A stretch of DNA of 64,000 bases from Dimorphilus gyrociliatus (GCA_904063045.1 CAJFCJ010000005.1:4121689-4185688); one strand, 5' to 3'. Counted from the first letter of the stretch, positions 1 through 14,393 are shown. Notes: a model not told the origin generated them from the letters alone. Numbers and translations: made by a program.

Positions 1-359
1 ATCTCAAAGTATTAGAAATATGATTAAAATACTTTTTGTTAAAATTAGATAGCGAAAGGAATTTAAATATATGTAAAATTAATAAAAATTGCTTCAGTAA
101 GCAACTTTTAATACTGTTAATTATAAAGCAATATAGCGGTTAATGATTGTCTCTCTTTTAATATAAATGTATTTCGATCGTTGACAGCAGTTCTCGGACG
201 ACAAATAGTCTGAGATTGAGACAAACACAGTTTCCAATTTACGCAATGCATGCGTATGAATTTTACGACATCCACTAAAACAAAAAGAAAAGTCAAGTCC
301 GGAAAATAGTTGAATTCGTTCTGAAAATGTAACGAATTTTGTTTGTTTTGTTTTGTTTT

Positions 360-3300
360 TCAGTTAGAATCATTCTGTCCCCAGCCTCCCGAATTCGGTC
401 TCTGCTCTGATGCAGTTGATGCTGGTGTCCAAATGTTCCCTAATGACTGAAACATATCAAAAGTAGCTGGTGTATGTTCTTGTTTCTGTTCAGCAGCTGA
501 AGAAGTATTTTTCCATATATTCTGTAAAGCACTGTCATCGTTGCTCATCGGATTCCAACCTTCTGAACATCCCCAAGTAGAGGTCGATTGTCTTTCCTCT
601 GTTCTCCATAAGCTCGGATTTCTATCGGCATCCCACAAATTTTCTGCATTTATAACAGTTGGGAAGTCTGACCATTCCGTTCTTGGTTGAACGCCTGGAG
701 CGGCATTGCTCCTCATGATTGGTCTATTCCCAAAGTCAAATGGCGAACTGTCATCTTCCAATATTCCATGGCTTAAACTGTAAGAACAAAAAAGTTAATT
801 AATTAAAACTAGATCCGATCTTAACAGTAGGAATTGATAGCTTCATTAATTGTGTATTTAATTTAGAATTGTTGAGGATTACATTAATATTTCATTTACT
901 TATATTCCTTCTTCTATCAACTACGTGTATTACTTTAAAATTTATGTCTCCGTTAATTATATTAGATAAATTACTTAAATGATTGTAAAAACGTAGTATT
1001 TATTTGTACTGTAGTTGTAAAAGTATAATAAAATTCTTGGAAATAAATCTCAACAAACCCATTTGATTGAGTCATGTGAGTTTGATGACGGTCAATTCCA
1101 TTCCACTGCGAAGTTGAAGACATAATCGATTGTCCAACAGCTGTATTCGACCTCTGAGAATCATACATTCCACGATTCGGTTGAGAACAATTATTGGTCA
1201 TTACAACCTGACTGTAAGTGGCACCTTGTTCAGATGGACTAGATGCTTTTGGTAGAGTTGACCGATTATGATGTTGTCTATCCCACATTTCAGTAACATT
1301 TGACAATTCACTAAGATCGCCAGTTTCACCTGGAAATTTTTAATAATTTTTCAATCAGAAAAGAAAATTAGTGTTAATTTCATTTTGCTTAGAAAATATT
1401 ATTCCAAAAACTTTAAACAAAAAAGAAAAATCGTGCAGAAAAAATCAAAAGAAAAGATTAACAAACCAGGGGTAAATTGAGAGGAAGATTGCGGCATTTC
1501 CCAAACAGGAGTTGTAGTATCAGAGAACGCATCAGGCTCTTTTGGCCTTTCCGAAAACGTCGACCATACAGACATACTTGTTGATTCACTCGACGATGTG
1601 GCGGTTAATGAACGTCCATTACCTGTAAGGTTGTCAAACACAGGGTACACTAACACACACCATGCGCAATCTCTACTTAATTATTCGCTAATTAATCTTT
1701 GTTATTAGTAATAAGATTATGCTGAAAACTAATTAATTCTAACAAATAGACACGTACCTCTGTTATTTCTGCCGCGTTTCGAGCGATCTTTACTTTGTCC
1801 AGTATTCTTACGTTGTTGCCCACCTGTGTGAGATTTATCTGTACTTGTTGAATGTGTAGTTGTAGTTTCCTTGGTAGATGCAGTGTCAGATTTTGACGAA
1901 TTTCGACCTTCTTTTCGCCTGGCTTGTCTGGCTTTTGCACCAGTAAGAATGAACTCATCTTCATTGACAGTTTCTTCTTTACTTTTCTTTCGAACTATGG
2001 TTGGTCCAGCGACTGCGCCAACTCCAGAAGCTACTGCTGGAGTAGCAGAAACCACTGGTACACTTGTGACTGCTGATTTCTTTTCTTTGGCTTGCAGAGA
2101 TTTTGATTTTATCTTCTTTTCAGTTTTTGCATTTTCTAAATCCATTCTACGCATGAGCAATTCAGGAGTAGGTACGCGCTGATGAGGTTCCGGATCAGTA
2201 CTAGACGTCTCAGTCGTTGTTGAACTTGTTTCGTCCTTGTCAGCATCATAATTAAAAGTTTCTCTCGGTTTCCCAGTTGGAGGAGTTTTAGAGTTCTTTC
2301 GAACGGCTTTTTTAGCTTTTTTACTAATATTATTCGAGTTAGCCAATACACCATTAGTTGATGTGGAAATCTGAGATCCTTGGTCTGTCGTAACTTTTGT
2401 ACGATCAGGATTTTTCTCTTCTTTAGGAAGACTACGCTTTGATTGCGTATTTGAAGTGGTTCTAGAATGATCCGCAGTTTCCTTTTTCTTTTCATTCTTA
2501 CTTTTCACTTCTCTATTTTTTGATACGTGAATATTATTGGTCTTCTGTTCGTTCGAATGGCAATAATCCTCCTCACCCGTCGATCTGTACGATTCTACAA
2601 TACACTTCTTCTTCCCCCATAAGAAAGAGAGAAACTTTGTAAGAAATGTCTGCTGTTGCTTTTTCGGCCTTGGTGGTGGCATTCTAGGAGTATCAGCTAT
2701 AGTTTCATTATGATGGCTAAAATGTATTTGATTTGTTCCATTGACATGTTTTTGATGAAAATTATTTAAATCAAATTTATGCAGACTTGTTGGGTTTACT
2801 CGAATTCTCTTTTGAACATCAGCTGTTAAGAGTCGATCAGCATCAAAATAGGAAGATAAGAGAGTGCAAACTAGCATAACTCCTACTGTTCCTAGAACAA
2901 AATAATACAGCATTCTTTCCCACGGAGGTCTTGGAAGGGCTAATGCACACCTCCATAACAAATGTGGTGGTATTGATACATGCATGTGAACGTAATGTGG
3001 AACATTTGGCTGAATTGATGAATATACGGCTAGAGTTTTATCTAACCGTGACATCGTGAAATCTGGTGTAAAGAGTATTTCTATCTTCTTCGACATATTC
3101 GGTCCTATACTAAAGCCACCATCTGAGCAATCCATTACAGAAAAACCTCCCGAAGAACAAGGTTCGCCATCTATTAGTACAGAGTTTATGTAAAACGGCA
3201 ATAAGCCTGTGTTTTTTGCCGTAGTGGTACGGCGTAACACAAAATTTGACATTGACGCTTTCGAATTAGACTTTCGTCGATCGCAATTTTTCAATTGACG

Positions 3301-6300
3301 TTCAGTATAATCGAAGGTGATGTACTGCAGTGAATTATCAGTTTGTTTAGTACCGCTAAGTTTCAAATAGCCACTGGCTCCTTGTCCTTGAACAACAACG
3401 GAATCCATCACTGTTAGGTTATTCCTAATGAGGATTAAAGATGCTTTTTCAGTATCATCTGTTGGACGAAAGCCTAGCAGGACACGAACAGAAGAACGAG
3501 GTGCGACCAAAGCGCTTAACGTCTGCGGATGTGGTTTAACGCCTAGAGTCCGTTCTACTTGTTTTCGTAACTGATTAGCAGTTTCATTTCCTGGATAGGT
3601 TAAATCAAGCAAAGAGAATTGATTTGCGTTCGGGTCTAAAAAGTCCATGTCGCCGTTTTCTTCTGATAATACATTAAGCACCGTATGCGGCGATGGATAT
3701 ATTGACAATGGCAGAACTTGAAATAATATTGGTAAATCCGAGGGATTATGTAGATCAACATGCGCTGACGATGTATTACCCAACTGTGTCAATGGAAATT
3801 TGATAAATTTACGATTAACTACAGAGGGCCATATCATATGAGCGACGGCGGGATATAGAAAGCCCCGAATCTCGTTAGTGTTCAATTCAACTGTTACGTT
3901 TACACTATCTTCATGCGACTGTTTAATATCTTTCCAAAAGTGCCTGAATCTTGTATATAAATACTGATCTACATCCGCTACGTCCTTATCAAGATTTGCT
4001 CCAACTAACCATTGATGTCCAGCTGGTGTATTAGTCGGTAAACCCAAATAGCACGAATTTCGGCAAGAACGCAGGGCGTCAAAATGAATCGTTCCGGCAT
4101 TAGTAGTCGCCCCAGAATTTAGGATAACATACTTATTCCCCGTTCTAGGTGGCTCATAATAAAATCGAGTGTCGTTCGGTTCAAAGCGAATACTCTTGAT
4201 TTGCATGTATTTGCGAAAAGTCGAACGAATTTGAAGGCTATGAGAGGCCGCCCTTGTAGGGAAGACATCATCGAGAGCAATCTTTGGGGGAATAGCTGAA
4301 AGAGATCCTTCTGCCGTTCGTAGAGTTAATGGAATGTAGAGATTCTGAAAGTTGGTAGCTAGAATCACTTCAGCAGCGAATGTGCCCTCATAAGGTGGGG
4401 CAGTTAAATTAACGTTGAACACAGCAAAGTGGTGAGATGGTAAAATTAAAGGATTTGTCTCAATATCCGAGTTATTCTTATCTCCTCGTAATAATGTTCC
4501 ATTTCCTTTCTCCAAACCTAAAAAACTAACAACAGTTCGGTTAAAATTCGAACCGAATTCCTTTATCACAACGTTGACGGGATTGTCGTTCCTCAGTGTA
4601 AATGTCATCACTCTGTTCTCACTAATTCCCAACGTTCCAAAATCGAGCTGACCTTTAAAGATTTCAGGGCGATGATGTACTACTTTTAACCACCCATTGT
4701 AAGCGTATAACGGAACATTGAAAGTCGACGCATTTGTGTGCAATACTAAATCAGATCTGAGTTTTAATTTCGAGCTTGCAGGATGGAAAAGTATTCGCAT
4801 CGATTTTGTGATATTTTTTCCAGGCTCTAAGAGAAGAGGCGATGAGAAATTTGCGACGGAGAAGTGCTGAGGATCGCTGATAGTAGCATTATAGATGACC
4901 AAGGGAGTTTTAAAATGATTAATTAACGACAGCCAGCTGCTTGTATTAGGCGTTATTGGGTGACCCGTATAAAAAAGGGTATTGTCCAAATTCCATTCTA
5001 AACGACCTTGCATAACCGTAGCCTGATATGGGACTATTAAGGACAAATTCTCCAATTTCGTTTCCACAATGATCTTGCCACTAAATTGCCGTTCATCTAG
5101 CACTTTAGAGGCTGCAAAGTGTACGGTTGCTACATGTGTTGGTCCGTTGACTCTTGCTTTTATAGTCACCGGTCGGAAATCAATTGTAACAGCATCGTTA
5201 GGTGACTCTAATCGAACATTAGTTATGTAAACCGCCTTATGCGCAGCAAGGAGTGATAGTTTTAGAGACTTCGGCGAATCGGAACTCCTAATCAAGCCAA
5301 AATCAAGCATCTCCACAGGTGAATAAATACCATACTTTGATGAAACTTCTACCTCTACAGGTAAAACTAGTTCTTCTCCGGCAACACGCCTGGTTCCACT
5401 TGTGGTTCGAATATGTGATGTTTTTATTCGAATGAAAGCCGTATGCTTCTCCTCCGTTCGTGCAACAAAACTTGCCCTCATGACGGGTTTTGTGTGAAAC
5501 GGCTCGATTTGCCAAAATTGCTTTGGAGCGTCTACTTGGCCTGTGGGTAATTCTAAATGAAGATCACCACCAGATGAGTACATTTCGGTGACTTGTAATG
5601 GCCATGAATGCGGATTATGCATGTGGATGAGCGGAGAAAAAGATGAATTTAGAGGTAGTCGAGCTCCCACTAAAGGACGCACTCTGTAAGGATTAGGCGT
5701 CCCAACGCCAAAAACGTTGTACTTAAAGATCGCTCCATCTTTTGTATGGATATATAGCGTATTTTCGACATTGCCGATATGTCGGGCCAGAAACACCACA
5801 TCAAACGTTGTGTTAGCACCGGCTTGTACCGTCTGTAAGAAATAAAACAAAAAAGGGATAAAATGATAAAAGGAAACAGTAAAAGCTAGGAAGTGCACGA
5901 AAACCGTCAGAGCGAAGAGACGGGGTAATTAATCGATAGTTGCTTTAAACAGCGATTTACCTTACTCTCGAAGAATGAGCAATGAAAATGCGGCGTGTTG
6001 CCCGATATATAGGACAGATGCAAAGGTGACTGCTGGTCGTTGTTGACGAGCGTTACTTGCATCTGATGAGGCATGCCCACCGGCCGTTCACCGAAATCGA
6101 GCATTGGAGGAACTAGCTTGATTGGCGCGTCGAATTCGCTGTATGGGGGAAAAGAAAGCGAATTTAAAAAATTTTCTTATTCATCAACCGAGGGAAATTG
6201 CAAGCTAGAGCGGAAAGAGACTAGACAATGACGAACAGCTCGAATTAACGTATATATTATCTCAGCGAAAAAGTATCGATTTTACGACGGTCTCGCAAAG

Positions 6301-8147
6301 TAGTATAAGTAACTAAAATGACAGAAGGCAATGTTTGTAAGCGAACTTTAATTGTTTATATTTTTTCATGCACTCCTGTTTCCAAACGATCCATTTGATT
6401 AAGATGATTATTATCTATGCAATGAAGCTGTTGTTTCACGATCAAAGTCTAAACGGTTTATTACATATTATTATTCGTTATCGACACAAAACTTGACATA
6501 TTATAAATAATCTTTCATTTCAATTGCAGAAAAGCAAATATTGAATGTTTATTATTCAATATTAAAATCAAGCTGGGAAGAAAAACTAAAATATTACTAT
6601 ATAGCTTTATATCTTAAATTGACCTTGTAAAATATAGTTTTTATCAACCTAAACTTTCCATTTTAAAAACCGTAGTAATAAATTACGTTTTGAGATTTGT
6701 TCGACCTTGGTAGAAATAACGCGTATAAATAACGTAGCACGCACAACATACACATACAAAACTCTAGCCATACAGCCTACAAACAGTGCAGTAATCGAAT
6801 GCGCCTAAATTGAGCGTAAATATTTCAGCTCGGTTCCCTCTCAAATAAAAAGACCCAATAACATATAAAGTGTAACCGGAAGATATTGATAATGACATAT
6901 TTTATAACGATAAGAAAGAAATAGGGCTTTAAAAAAAAAATTATCTACAGTTAGAAAACTATCTCTTATTAAGGTGATAAGCTGTGTTTAGCGGTCATGA
7001 TATTAGAACTAAGAGACTAAAAAATTTTCTTAATAAAAAAAAAATTAGTTACGCAACGAATTTCAATTATTAATCATTCATAAATATGAGCAAAGTCAAG
7101 CTGTTTAAACAAAATTCCTTTAAAACTGCAAAAACTTAAAGCTACTGAAAAAGAAAATTCTTGTCTTTTTTTTGTTACATATAAGCTTTCTAAAACGGTT
7201 CTAGTTATAGTTAATTAAAAATAATAATCAAAAGAATGACTGTGATTGTCGTCCAATTACATATAACTCCTCACGAACAATAATCGATATGAGAGATGGC
7301 TACATTTTATTCTTGTTCCTAGATCCCTTGCAATATTAATGATGTGGCTTCAAGGTAAACAGTCGTCAAAAATTATGGGAGCTTATCTTTACAAACACTA
7401 CAATCTAATTTCAACTATAGTGGGTCAGATAAACAATTATTTAAACGAATGATTAAGAGTGCAGACGCTCAGTGACGCTAGTCGTCATGGTGACCAGTCA
7501 AATGACGTTTCGGAGTTACACGTTGGCGTTTTCGTTACAACGTTTAGACGATGAACGCCTATTCTATTTCACATAAGTATTTTAGTATTGTAAAATGCTA
7601 CTATGAAAGCTTAGAGGTTAGTGGAGAGAGAAAAAAAAAAGCGCGCGCAGAATAATATCCTTATATGGAGTTATTATACAAGGTATTGAAATATCTTCCG
7701 CAGTTATCGACTTTATTGTTCCATACGAAGACATTGTAAATACATATACTATAGCTATCATGTTCGCGCAATACTTACCCCACTTCTTGATAACTCTTTA
7801 CCTAAAGTAAAAACATAGATATGTTACAGTATTGTTGAAAAAGTACTACTTACATCAACACCTCCGACCACATAACGGAGTTCGCTATCTGTTTGAATGA
7901 AAGCTGCAAAAAACAATTTGATTATCAATCAATATATGATATACAACGCGTGCTGGTTTTGAACCGTAAAGAGAGTATAGAATAAGTTAACAGCTGGTTG
8001 TAAATAGCACGCCAAAAAGTAACTAGGTAAAAACCTAAACAGGCCCCTAAATCTAAGGGAACAAACGAGACAGAGCGATGCATTTGATTTACATTGACAA
8101 AGTACACTCTCCTTCAGCGTAACTATCCAAAGACAAAAATAGATCAT
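360..8147 (-). CDS. TMEM131: Transmembrane protein 131, 8 exons, ~1741 aa
   Basis: Exons 8147-8093, 7903-7854, 7801-7779, 6138-5961, 5832-1758, 1622-1467, 1329-1059, 777-360. All junctions are GT-AG and phase-compatible (5226 nt = 1742 codons). The protein has a signal peptide, then SFIQTDSELRY, PPMLDFGERPVGMP and FDVVFLARHIGNVENTLYIHT...VFGVGTPNPYRVRP (TMEM131 N-terminal domain), a TM segment (YYFVLGTVGVMLVCTLL) and a long K/S-rich tail. Confidence 0.93.
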
Positions 8148-8475
8148 CAGCTAGATTTAAATATCCTCTAGTCGTTTTAGGTCATATATATCATCTTGGT
8201 TTTAAATATAACCAGAAAAGGCCGCCAAGATGAGATTCGAAGATATGGTAAACAAACAGAACATCTACTTCGCAACGAATTATCATATTTTTCGACAATT
8301 GAATAAATAATTTAAGAAACAAACCTTGATTTTGACTTTCTATATTCGCAAACGTATGTATAATTAAGTTGAGCGAATTGACTGTAACAAATATTTGTAA
8401 GAATTTGCGAGCCATGTTTTGCCTTCTAATCCTCTGCATGCCCGCCATACTAGATTTGATAGAAAATACGTTCAA

Positions 8476-8485
8476 TAGATGGCGC
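8476..8485 (+). promoter_or_regulatory. CTCF-like motif TAGATGGCGC upstream of TMEM131
   Basis: Exact 10-mer, also found at 17806-17815 (reverse), 19020 and 25522, each time near a gene start. It matches the core of the CTCF consensus. Confidence 0.5.
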
Positions 8486-9494
8486 AATAGTGTGCATATC
8501 ATTTTCTTAATTTGAAGTCAGGTTTAAAAAAGGGAAATTATCTATCTTGTAGTTAGGCTATCCAATTTTTTTCCAAAAATTACATAAGACACTAAAAATT
8601 TCCTGGACCAATCAGAGCTTTGCAGGTGTTGTCAAGGATGCGCTGGACACTGCTTAATTATTCATTCCTCTAAGCACAAATTAGTTTATATTTGATTGAC
8701 TATTTGTTTGCATTCCTTATATTTATTAATTTTTAATTAACTTTAAATTTGGTGTAAGTGTATAAAGCAGGTAAGAATGAAAAAAAAACACTTTTCTGTA
8801 GCTTTATAAGGGGTTCTTTATTTTCGTAATAGCATTAATGCAAATGTCAACGCACTTGCATAGTTCAAAATTAATTTTTTATATCGATACTAACAAGTCA
8901 AATTTTTACGAGAAACAATTTATATTTAAGTACATCAATATATATTATAGATGATATTAATTAAGCTTTGTTTAATCGGCAGGCTGAAAATGGTATACCG
9001 TCAAAATATGCTTTTTAATTTATCACCACGTTTCATAATACTATTTCACAACCTATAGCTAATTTTATCTACTTTCTTTATATATCTATAATTGCAATTG
9101 TAACAGAATTGTAACTTGTTCATTGATTTCAGTACTATTCATTTAGTCTTTCCTAAAAATCACATGAGCACTAAACCAGCAGTTTTTATTGATATTGTGA
9201 TTTTTTTGCATTAATGTACAGTATATACACTAACCCAATGAGAACAATAATACTGTTGTACTATAGTACAATCTCAATTGTGATTGCTTTTGAGAACTTA
9301 ATTATGTAATAACAACTCATAAATACCCAATCGTTATTACTCTTCATAAAAAGATAAATGAATAGTCGTCGATAGCGTAATCCTTTACTTAAAGTTTGTC
9401 TCTGCAACATTTGTCTTCATCTCTCTAATGTATTAAAAATTTGTTTCATTACGTAGTAACTTTATTTTGTTATTCTTCAACAGGAAAAGTCAGC

Positions 9495-10680
9495 ATGAAG
9501 GCGTATATCGACTATATTTCTGTTTTTTTCCATTTCTATGTACTGAGACCAATGTGGAAATTCATTCTTCGAAAGGTATTACTAATGTTTGGTTTTAATA
9601 TTTATTTTGCCTGAAAATTTCCTAGAAATCATTCTCTGTATTTTCTTTCAAAGATAACTGGGATGTGCGAACTTTTACGGATTACGTATAACGAACCTGT
9701 AGGCTCAAAGAGAACTAAGAAAATTGGTTTGATATTATTTTCTTGTTGCATATGGTCAATGGTCTGCTAATAATTTTCTTTACCTAATTTAACAAACCAC
9801 TCGCCATTGAATTAAATAAATCAGATAGGAAAACATAAACACGTACTTAATTACTTGTTATCTTTGCAGAATTCTCTTTGAAAAAGTCTAAGAGTAAAGA
9901 CTTACGACTTATCCCCTCAACTCCTAATATAAACATTGGCAAAGCGGTTAAAGATATAATTCGCACTAAGAATATCAACGTTTATGTACATGCGAGGTAA
10001 TACTGCTCTCCTTCAATGATAGAAGATGCTTTATGCATCGATCTGATATCTTTTCTCCTTACAGTTTCGAATCAACCATAACTATTTGTATTTCGCAAAT
10101 ATGCGGTTATAAGAAATTGATAGATGATATTACGACTTTACGTAAATCTCCTTATCTTTGTGAAAACAACGAGCACGAGGAAAAGTTGCAAAAATTGTGG
10201 AATCTGCTGGAACCCGACGAACCGCTAGAGGCAAGAGTAACGAAACAATGGACAACGATTGGTTTTCAAGGTTCCGATCCTAAAACTGATTTTCGTGGTA
10301 TGGGTTTATTAGGTCTTGAGAATCTTGTCTATTTCTCTAAAGAGTCTACGGATCTGGCGAGAAGTGTCTTGCTTCAATCTAGAAATCCTGCTCACGAATA
10401 TTCATTTGCTATTGTTGGAATAAATATAACTGCAATGATTGTTGATCTATTATTGAAAAATCACTTGAAAAATCATTTCTACAATAGTATTATGGGAGAA
10501 CCAACGATTGAGGATTTTCATAATATTTACATTTGTATCTTTAATGATTTTCACAAGCATTGGTTGAAGGACAAGCCGGGCATTATGAATTTTAATATTT
10601 ATAAAGAAAAGTATCGTCGTATACTTCTAGAGAAACTAAGGCGCAAAGACTGCGTATTGACTCTCGGTCAAGCATCATAA
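9495..10680 (+). CDS. ELMOD2: ELMO domain-containing protein (ELMOD1/2-like Arf/Arl GAP), 4 exons
   Basis: Starts MKAYIDYISVFFHFYVLRPMWKFILRK|ITGMCELLRI. The last exon carries WTTIGFQGSDPKTDFRGMGLLGLENLVYF and YSFAIVGINIT, hallmark ELMO-domain motifs. Confidence 0.9.
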
Positions 10681-11275
10681 GAAGAGTGTAAAAGATGTGT
10701 TCATATGCTGATCTCATTCGGATTAGAGATAATTTGATGAATGGATAAACTTTCAAATATCCTTACTGACATTTTCTTTCTTTTCATTCAAAGATGTAAA
10801 TTAAAAATAATCAATAAAAAAAGCTATTTTTTAGCAAAAAACTCTCCAGTTTCTCTTTTTATCTTATTTTTGATTGATTAGTTTTGCAAAGATCGGTAAT
10901 TTTACACTACTTTTCTTCAACAAATAGTGGAAAATTCATTATTCAGTGCGACACTTCACCTACCCCGTTATATCCGGAATTCCGAGGTAATTTCCCGATC
11001 TGACTACTAAGTAGTAAAAATGCTGAAAAATTGTAGATCTATTACAATTTCTATTGTGAATCACTACTCTACGGGACCGACTAACATACTCATTTCTATA
11101 TTATTATTGTGTAAGTAGTTTCTTGTCAATATTGAACATGAATCATCGTGTTTATATACCAACCTGGAAATTTTTACATTTAGCCTTCTTGCGTAATAGA
11201 TTATTCTTTTTTATATAAAGAGCAAGTATATAATCTTAAAACTTATACTTAGAGTTTGTTATTAACGTTCCTACC

Positions 11276-12111
11276 ATGTCAGAAACTATCGTTTACACGC
11301 ATCGTAAAGTCGACAAGCACGTTGCAGTTGTAGACATGGCCGATTGGGGTATGGAAGACTATAAATTCTTATTCAAAGTGGTACTAATTGGTAATGCAGG
11401 AGTAGGAAAAACTAGTCTAGTTAAAAGATTCACTCAGGTAATTATTATGTTTTAATTTTTAGAAATAAATGCTAAACGCTTTCTTTCTTCTTGACAGAAT
11501 ATCTTCCCCATGGGACAGCAATCTACAATTGGCGTGGATTTTATGATAAAAAATTTAATAATTGATGGAGAGAAAGTTAAGCTCCAAATTTGGGATACAG
11601 CCGGTCAGGAGAGATTTAGGTCGATAACACAGTCTTACTATCGTTCCGCAAACGCCTTAATACTTGTTTACGACATAAGTTCACAAGCAACTTTCGATTG
11701 TTTACCTCAGTGGTTAAGTGAGATTGAAACATATGCTGGAAATAACGTATTGACTTATCTAGTCGGTAAGTGATGTACATTATCATATTCAGTATAATGA
11801 TAAAATAAATGAAAAATTCTTTTCTCTTCCTAACAGGAAATAAATGCGATAAAGTAACTCGCAGGGAAATACCTCGAGAAAAGGCAGATGACTTCGCTAA
11901 TAGGCACGATATGGTATTTATAGAAACCTCAGCGAAAGAATGCGATAACGTTGATCAATTATTTTCTCAAATCGCCCAAAAACTTACTAAAGATGCCAAT
12001 AGGAGTATGTTTGCTACTGAACTTCCCTCAATTTTCTCATCCGGTAGCAGGCCTATTTCAGCACAGCCTTTGATCGATTCAGTAAAGAGTAGATGTTGCA
12101 AAACTTCCTAG
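11276..12111 (+). CDS. RAB30: Ras-related protein Rab-30, 3 exons
   Basis: [64 protein letters not shown] and a C-terminal CC prenylation motif. The conserved Met is at 11351; an in-frame upstream ATG is at 11276. Confidence 0.9.
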
Positions 12112-12952
12112 TGGCAATGTTATAAATTTTTATTTTGCCCTTGATATTCAGTATCGAAAGGAAACATGTTCCCGTAAAATTTACGCTATATATATAGAGT
12201 ACTTTGAATTAATTATTTGTTTTTCTTCTATTTATTTTTCCTTTTTTAACGTGAACGTTATTGATATTTCTTTTTTCTATACAAATATTTTGTTGCAAAT
12301 AGCAGCTTTTATAAAGCACTTTAGTTGGCTGTTATATAGTTCTGTATTTTGTCGAAATATAAATATTAATTTTTTAGCATTAATATTTATAAATGAATCA
12401 AAAATCCATGTTTCAAAATCATACAATAAAATTGTTTGCAAAATCAGTATCCCTTTGTTAATTATTAGCATAACCATTAGTATCAATTGTTCAATATGGA
12501 CACCGAATTTTAATCAATCTTCAATATTTTGGAATGTTATTCGATAGGCCCTACGGACTCTTACTTGAGGCACTACTCTCACAAAATTAGTAAATAAGAA
12601 GTTTACCGATTCGAACATTTATTAATGCACATAAAATAAAAACAATTTACAAATTAAATTTAAATTAAAACAATTTAAAATCAGTTTTTTCAAAAATCAC
12701 TCTCTTTTCAGTGATAGCATACGAACTGATCCGGTACTTTTTCGTAATCGAAACAAGAACATTCTAAAATTGGAAAAGGAAACCACATTATTTTCCAGAA
12801 TCGAACATTTTGGAATGAACATTACATCATCTTAAAACTTTCGTTCGAATTTAAAACAATTCCAAAGCGAAAGCTTTTAAATTTTTTTTTAGTTTTGCCT
12901 TCTATTCTGTTTTATTGAAAAAAATTGTATACTATCTCGTAAAGTTACAAAC

Positions 12953-13346
12953 ATGCAGAGTAAATCATTCTCAAGCGAACCCTATTACTCGGATAGATAC
13001 CACGATGAAGAATACGAATATAGGTATATGAAAAAGAGTTCAAGTAGAATTGCTTCTTTTAACTTTAAAAAACCTTTTCTATTTTATAGACACGTGATTT
13101 GTCCAAAAGACTGGTGGTCAAGAATACCGAAAGAGCAACTTATGACCGAAACTGAATGGAGAAGTTTGGGCATTCAACAATCTATTGGTTGGGAACATTA
13201 TATGATACATGAACCAGGTAGACTAACTCAGTTTGTTTCGTTGTTAAAATTATATGTTCTGTACAGAACCACATATACTATTGTTCCGAAGAAGAAGACC
13301 TAACTTTCAACCTTCTATCGGTGGCGATTCAAAACGATGTTATTAG
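12953..13346 (+). CDS. CKS1: Cyclin-dependent kinases regulatory subunit (Cks1/Suc1 family), 3 exons
   Basis: Spliced product [14 protein letters not shown]|HVICPK...[26 protein letters not shown]|[10 protein letters not shown] matches the CKS signature. Confidence 0.9.
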
Positions 13347-13650
13347 AACTCGTACAGTTCCGAGGATGATCCTGATTATTTATGAGTAATATTCAAGCCA
13401 GAGCTTTTAATTGGATCACTTTTAATTTTTTTCTCAGTCGTAATTTTCATTCCGAAAGTTTCTAAAACTGTACTTAAAGTTGTCTATTTCTATTCGGTAA
13501 ATTGTTAATTAATTTTCCATTGGAGCTTTAACTTTTCATTGGACAATACGAGAAATTTCTGCGCGTTAAGTTTGTTACACAAAAACATTAAATACAAGAA
13601 AAGATTTAAGAGTAAATCAGTTACTTTGAAAATCGATTTCACACAATCTT

Positions 13651-14393
13651 TTAAAAGCAACATCTTAAATTTTGGTCACTTTGACTATTGTTACGGCTCA
13701 TATTCAAACTATTTCTATTTGAAGTTGGTGGCATCATGGGTCTTGATGATCTTAGTTTATGAGCCAACGTCATAAAAATGGCTTCAACGTGGTCGCTCTC
13801 TGAGTCATCTTTTGCAGAAGTCTCAAATAGCGGCATATTGTGATTATCAGCAAACCTTTGGGCGGTATTCGTCGGCACGACTGCATTGCGCTGATCATCG
13901 CATTTATTCCCCACAAGGATTCTTGGTATTCCCTCTCCAAGTTTATGCTGGTTACATTCGCTAATCCAGTGAGTTAAATTATCGAAACTTGAGGTTTTCG
14001 TAACATCATATACAAATACAACAGCGTGTACATTTCGATAATAATGAGGAATCATCGATTTTCTGAACCTCTCTTGGCCAGCTGTATCCCAAAGTTGAAG
14101 CTTTAACGTTTCATTTTCAACTGTGAAGTAAACGTTGTTCATCTTAATGTCACCAAGTTGAATGTAACATGTTAACAATACATACCTTTAACAACTTTTT
14201 CACGAAAGTCTACGCCTATTGTTGCTTCAGTTTTATCTGGAAATTTCCCAGAACAAAAACGGAATGTAAGACAAGTCTTTCCGACATTTGAATCCCCAAT
14301 TACAATAATCTTGAATATACGTTTTTGTCCCTGTTTCTCAATAATGGCAGATTGAGCAATTGACGCCTCAATGGCTCCTTCCACCGTCTGCAT
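13651..14393 (-). CDS. RAB33: Ras-related protein Rab-33, 2 exons
   Basis: [43 protein letters not shown] and [29 protein letters not shown] are Rab33-specific; the C-terminus is CCF. Confidence 0.92.

Noticed and set aside
1871-2495. ORFs 1871..2182 (+), 2136..2495, 1692..1964 and 5303..5515
   Set aside because: Antisense or alternate-frame shadows of the TMEM131 large exon.
8191-8502. 103-aa minus-strand ORF upstream of TMEM131
   Set aside because: No recognisable domain; lies in promoter/5' UTR sequence.
12251-12547. Ile/Phe-rich ORFs on both strands after RAB30
   Set aside because: Low-complexity AT-rich 3' UTR artefacts.
12760-12830. GAAnnTTC-like units upstream of CKS1
   Set aside because: Only two-unit matches, expected by chance in AT-rich DNA.
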